Assembly (NCBI GenBank): GCA_963762545.1
Contig: CAVXLC010000001.1
Span: 372,546 to 436,545, forward strand
Direction: 5' to 3'
DNA: 64,000 nucleotides
Source: an uncultured Gemmatimonadales bacterium
GTDB lineage: Bacteria; Gemmatimonadota; Gemmatimonadetes; Gemmatimonadales; GWC2-71-9
Below, in pieces: positions 60,120-64,000 of the stretch (position 1 is the first letter of the stretch; each line of letters begins with the position of its first letter). Under the pieces are notes generated by a model. That model was given only the letters and a program-made list of their open reading frames with translations. It made no database searches and was not told where the DNA came from. A program made the position numbers and the translations under genes.

Positions 60120-60724
60120 CAATGCTCAGGAAGCAGCTTCGTCCCGCGATCGTTCTCACGCTGGTGCTCTGCGTGATCACCGGCGCGCTCTATCCCGGCC
60201 TCGTGACGGGTCTGGGTCTGGTGCTGTTTCCGCACCAAGCGAACGGGTCCCTGGTCACGGTGAACGGCAAGGTGGTGGGCAGTGAGCTCATCGGCCAGAC
60301 GTTCAAGCAGCCGTGGTACTTCCACTCCCGGCCCTCCGCCGCGGGTGCGGATGGCTACGACGCGTCGGCATCCGTGGGCACCAACAAGGGTCCGACCGAT
60401 CTCAAACTGGCGGACACCCTGATTGCCGGCGCGGTGGACAAGGCGGTGCAAGAAGACGGGGCGGTGAAGGGCAAGATTCCCGCCGATATGGTTACGTCGT
60501 CCGCATCGGGGCTCGACCCGCACATCTCCCCGGCCAACGCCGAGCTGCAGGTGGCCCGCGTGGCCAGGGCCCGCGGCGCGAGCGAGACCGCGGTGCGCGC
60601 ACTCCTTGCCAGGCACGTGGAGGGCCGCCAGTTCGGGTTCTTCGGGGAGCCGCGGGTGAATGTCCTCATGCTCAATATCGCGGTCGACAGTGCGTTTCCG
60701 CACCGGTCGGCGCCAAACCAGTAG
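60116..60724 (+). CDS. kdpC: K+-transporting ATPase subunit C
   Basis: ATGA overlap with kdp[66 protein letters not shown] match KdpC. Confidence 0.9.
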
Positions 60725-60735
60725 AAAGGATTCCT

Positions 60736-61851
60736 GTGAGCACGCGCGCATTGCTGGCCGCGGCGGTCGGTTGCCTGGCCCCCGTGGCCCTCGGGGCCCA
60801 GGCCACGGCCGGCACCGATTCGGCTGGAAACAAGATCACCATCTCCGGGTATGTGACGGCATCCTATTTCTATGCCTCCCACCCCGACGGCAATCGAATC
60901 ACCGGCCGCCTTTACGACCGGTTCCACGACCAGTTCCAGTTCAACGCCGCCCGACTGACGTTCCTGAAGGCGCCCGCGGCCGACAAGCTGGATGCCGGAT
61001 TCCAGGTGGACCTGCTGTTCGGTCAAAATGCCCCACAGATACGCTCGGCCGGCCTCTCTCTAGGAGACAACGGTGATGTGCCCCAGGCGTTTGTGAGCCT
61101 CAACGTGCCCACCGGCCCGGAGAGCTATCTGCGCTTCTCGGCGGGCAAGCGCTGGACCATGATGGACGTCGAGTACGTGGACGAGATCCTGAATCCGAAT
61201 TTCTCGCACGGGTACGCCTACATCTTCGTCAGCAATTTCACCGATACCGGGTTGAGCTTCGACGCGCATTTCTCCAGCAAGGCCGAGCTCGGCCTGCGGG
61301 TCATCAACGGCTGGGACGTGGTCGAGGACAACAATACGAAGAAATCGTTCATGGGACGGCTGGCACTCACGCCGTCCGACCGGGTCGCCCTGTCGTTCCT
61401 CGGCTATTTCGGGCCCGAGCAAGCCAACAACGGGAGCAATAACCGGTACGGCGGCCAGTTCGTCGGCACCTTCAAGCCCGCCTCGACCGCCACGGTCTAC
61501 ACCGAGCTGGACGTTGGTGGCGAGGAGGGCCTCGGCGCCGGCGGCGGGAAGGCCTCTTGGTCGGCATTGGGGCTGTGGGGCGTATTCGATCTTTCGTCCA
61601 AGGCATCGCTGGCCCTCCGGGGCGAGTATGCGAACGATGCCGACGGCGTGCGAACCTCGGGAGTCTTCGGGTTTCCGGCGGCCACTGACCGCAAGCTGAC
61701 CAGCGGAACAGTGACGCTCAACATCAAGAGCTGGCCGCATGCCCTGGTCCGGCCGGAAGTGCGGATCGAGCATTCCAATCGTGGTGATTTCGGCGGGACC
61801 GGGAAGCATTCGCAGGTGACTGCCGGCCTCGCGGCGTCGTACATCTTCTGA
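60736..61851 (+). CDS. outer-membrane beta-barrel porin encoded within the kdp operon
   Basis: GTG at 60736 (AAAGGA upstream), 12 nt after the kdpC stop. Signal peptide (M)STRALLAAAVGCLAPVALGAQA. Alternating beta-strand pattern throughout. Terminal ..VTAGLAASYIF (aromatic C-terminus). Confidence 0.65.
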   Translation: MSTRALLAAAVGCLAPVALGAQATAGTDSAGNKITISGYVTASYFYASHPDGNRITGRLYDRFHDQFQFNAARLTFLKAPAADKLDAGFQVDLLFGQNAPQIRSAGLSLGDNGDVPQAFVSLNVPTGPESYLRFSAGKRWTMMDVEYVDEILNPNFSHGYAYIFVSNFTDTGLSFDAHFSSKAELGLRVINGWDVVEDNNTKKSFMGRLALTPSDRVALSFLGYFGPEQANNGSNNRYGGQFVGTFKPASTATVYTELDVGGEEGLGAGGGKASWSALGLWGVFDLSSKASLALRGEYANDADGVRTSGVFGFPAATDRKLTSGTVTLNIKSWPHALVRPEVRIEHSNRGDFGGTGKHSQVTAGLAASYIF

Positions 61852-61910
61852 GCCACCCGGTGAGCCACCCGGCGCGAGCGTTTCGCCCGCGCCGGCGATA
61901 GGTTTCCCGT

Positions 61911-63095
61911 ATGGCCGAGCCTGCCGCGCCGTCACCCGGGGAGCTCTCCTTCGCGGATATCGTTCAGGCGAGGGAGCGCGGCAAGCTCAAGCTGTACATC
62001 GGCTCGGCGGCGGGTACCGGAAAGACCTACCGAATGCTCAACGAAGCCCACCAGTTGCGCGACCGCCGGGTCGACGTGGTGGTGGGCTTCGTGGAGACTC
62101 ATGGACGCACCGAAACCGAGGCTCAGCTCCGCGACCTCGAGGTCGTTCCGCGCAAGAAGATCGAATACCGCGGGGTCGTCCTCGAGGAGATGGATCCGGA
62201 GGCCATCATCGCCCGCCGGCCCCAGGTGGCCATCGTCGACGAGCTGGCCCATACCAACGTGCCGGGCTCCGGCCGCGCCAAGCGATGGGAGGACGTCGTC
62301 GCGCTGCTCGACGAGGGGATCAGCGTGATCTCCGCGGTGAATATCCAGCACCTCGAGTCCCTCAACAACGTCATCCAGAACACCCTCGGCGTGACCGTCC
62401 GGGAGACCGTGCCGGACTGGGTGCTCACGCTCGCCGACCAGGTCATCAACCTGGACATTTCGGCGGAAGATCTTCGCCAGCGCCTGGTCGAAGGGAAGAT
62501 CTACTCCCCCGACAAGGTGTCCACCGCCCTCAAGAGCTTCTTTACCGAGGAGAACCTCACCACTCTGCGCGAGCTGGCGCTCCGCGAGGTGGCGAGCTCG
62601 GTGGACCGGACCCGGGAGATGATCGCCGCGCGGATCGAGGCCCAGCCGGCCGGCCGGCGGGGGGCCGAGCGCCGAACCGTGGATCGGGTCCTCGTGGCGA
62701 TGTCGAGCCACCCGGAATACACCGCGGTCCTGCTCCGCAAGGCCAGTCGGATCGCGGGCCGGCTCAATCCCGACTGGTACGGGGTCTACGTGCAAACGCC
62801 GGCCGAGAGCGCCAGCCGGATCGACGCGACCCTGCAGCGCAAGCTGGTGGAGAACATCCAGCGGGCCCAGGCGATGGGCGCCGAGGTGGTGAAGCTCGAA
62901 TCGGAAGACGTGCCGAGCGCGCTGCTCCGCTTTGCCGGCGACAAGGGCGTCACCGTCATTATCGTGGGACAGTCGAAGCGGTCCTGGTGGCAGCGTCTCA
63001 GGCGGGCCTCGGTGGTCGACCACCTGATCAGTAACCCGCTGGGCATCGACGTGCTGGTGGTGTCGCTCGACACCGACAAGGAGGGCGCGGCATGA
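61911..63095 (+). CDS. kdpD: stand-alone KdpD N-terminal sensor domain plus Usp domain protein
   Basis: GKLKLYIGSAAGTGKTYRMLNEAHQL..VVVGFVETHGR..VDELAHTN..RWEDV..LLDEGISVISAVNIQHLESLN is the KdpD N-domain. The C-terminal half is Usp-like (RVLVAMSSHP..VIIVGQSKRSWW). No TM or kinase domains. Confidence 0.85.
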   Translation: MAEPAAPSPGELSFADIVQARERGKLKLYIGSAAGTGKTYRMLNEAHQLRDRRVDVVVGFVETHGRTETEAQLRDLEVVPRKKIEYRGVVLEEMDPEAIIARRPQVAIVDELAHTNVPGSGRAKRWEDVVALLDEGISVISAVNIQHLESLNNVIQNTLGVTVRETVPDWVLTLADQVINLDISAEDLRQRLVEGKIYSPDKVSTALKSFFTEENLTTLRELALREVASSVDRTREMIAARIEAQPAGRRGAERRTVDRVLVAMSSHPEYTAVLLRKASRIAGRLNPDWYGVYVQTPAESASRIDATLQRKLVENIQRAQAMGAEVVKLESEDVPSALLRFAGDKGVTVIIVGQSKRSWWQRLRRASVVDHLISNPLGIDVLVVSLDTDKEGAA

Positions 63096-64000
63096 GGGTC
63101 GGGCAACGGCTGTACCTCGCGGTGTTGCCCGCCATCCTGGGCCTCTTCACCGTGGCGGCGTTGGCCTACTGGGGCCACCTGTACCGGTCTGCGCCGGGCT
63201 GGGTGGTGGCGGCGGCCGCTGTCGCCGCGGTCGGCTCCCTGATCCTGGCGTGGCGGAATACCCGGTACGTGGCCCGGCGGCTGGAGCGGTTGGTCGGACG
63301 GCCCAGTCCGGCGGGGACCCCCGACGAGCTGGACTCGATCGAGGCCGTGGTGGACCGGCTGAGCGGCGCCGTGACCGAGGCGGAAGCGGGCAGCCGGCGG
63401 CGGGAAGTGGCGGCGAGCCAGCGGGTCCAGGAGTATGCCGCGCTGCTGGCCGAAGCGGCCTCGGCCCTGTCGCGCCAGCTCGACGAGGTGCGGCTGCCGC
63501 TCCATATCCTCCTGGAGAATCACTTCGGGCCGCTCAACGAGAACCAGGAGGAAATGCTTTCCGGCGCCCACACCGCGGCCGAAGCCGCCGACGTGGAGCT
63601 CCGGCGGCTCCGGGACATCGCCGACCTGGACCGCGGCGCGCTCAGCCTGCGGCGTGAACAGGTGAGGATCGGCGAGTTACTCCGGGCCCTCAAGCCCCAG
63701 CTCGAAGCCGATGGCGCGCGGGCCGGTGTCACCATCGCGCTGGATGTGGCGCCGGGATTGCCCCGGGTGGCCGGTGATCGAGTCCGTCTGCAGGAGGCGC
63801 TTGAACGGCTGCTTCGCTATCTCGTGCGCCACGCCACGCCGGGCAATGCGATCGCCATCGCGGCGGTGGCGGAGCAGGGCGAGATCAGGCTCATCGTCGA
63901 GGGAGGACCCTCCCTGACGCTGGATGCCGATGTGGCCCTCGCCCGCCGCATTATCCTGGCTCACGGGGGGACGCTCGACGATCAGGCGAGCCATACCCGG
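63092..64000 (+). CDS. membrane histidine-kinase-like protein with degenerate H-, N- and G-boxes, 3-prime partial
   Basis: ATGA overlap with the KdpD-N stop. The frame is open to the window end (303 codons) and so absent from the ORF track. Two TM helices and a coiled-coil. SRQLDEVRLPLHIL where SHELRTPL is expected. LLRYLVRHATPGNAI where the N-box Asn is expected. IVEGGPSLTLDADVALARRIILAHGG lacks G2. Confidence 0.65.
   Translation, partial: MRVGQRLYLAVLPAILGLFTVAALAYWGHLYRSAPGWVVAAAAVAAVGSLILAWRNTRYVARRLERLVGRPSPAGTPDELDSIEAVVDRLSGAVTEAEAGSRRREVAASQRVQEYAALLAEAASALSRQLDEVRLPLHILLENHFGPLNENQEEMLSGAHTAAEAADVELRRLRDIADLDRGALSLRREQVRIGELLRALKPQLEADGARAGVTIALDVAPGLPRVAGDRVRLQEALERLLRYLVRHATPGNAIAIAAVAEQGEIRLIVEGGPSLTLDADVALARRIILAHGGTLDDQASHTR

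Overview
GC-rich bacterial chromosomal segment. G/C dominates third codon positions, so long stop-free antisense ORFs are common and most long ORF-track entries are artefacts. The protein architectures (SARP and kinase regulators with periplasmic TPR sensors, SusC/SusD pairs, Big-like lipoproteins) suggest a Gemmatimonadota- or Acidobacteriota-like organism; this is inference only. I support about 45 protein-coding loci. By eye I found no rRNA, tRNA, CRISPR array, transposase or integrase. There are three themes. (1) 0.6-15 kb holds secreted peptidases and hydrolases plus small stress or membrane proteins. (2) 15-46 kb holds a dispersed Sus-like alpha-glucan utilisation cluster: malQ, susC/susD-like pair, four GH13 genes (one fused to an esterase), GH2, GH97, and SSS and MFS sugar transporters. 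A membrane SARP regulator, a GH5-like gene and a P3A-type ATPase are interspersed. (3) 52.9-64 kb holds a Kdp potassium-pump locus in which KdpD functions are scattered over four ORFs, with an operon-embedded porin, an unlisted 40-codon ORF ahead of kdpF, and a histidine-kinase-like gene with degenerate catalytic motifs. Across the window I see seven reading-frame breaks in six otherwise conserved genes: kinase, GH5-like, GH13-esterase (two), Moco-domain remnant, kdp histidine kinase and kdpA. These reflect either indel-prone sequence or real gene decay, and this should be resolved before any functional claim. I found no clearly novel defence or mobile system. The Kdp regulatory architecture and the Sus-like cluster are the most interesting parts.
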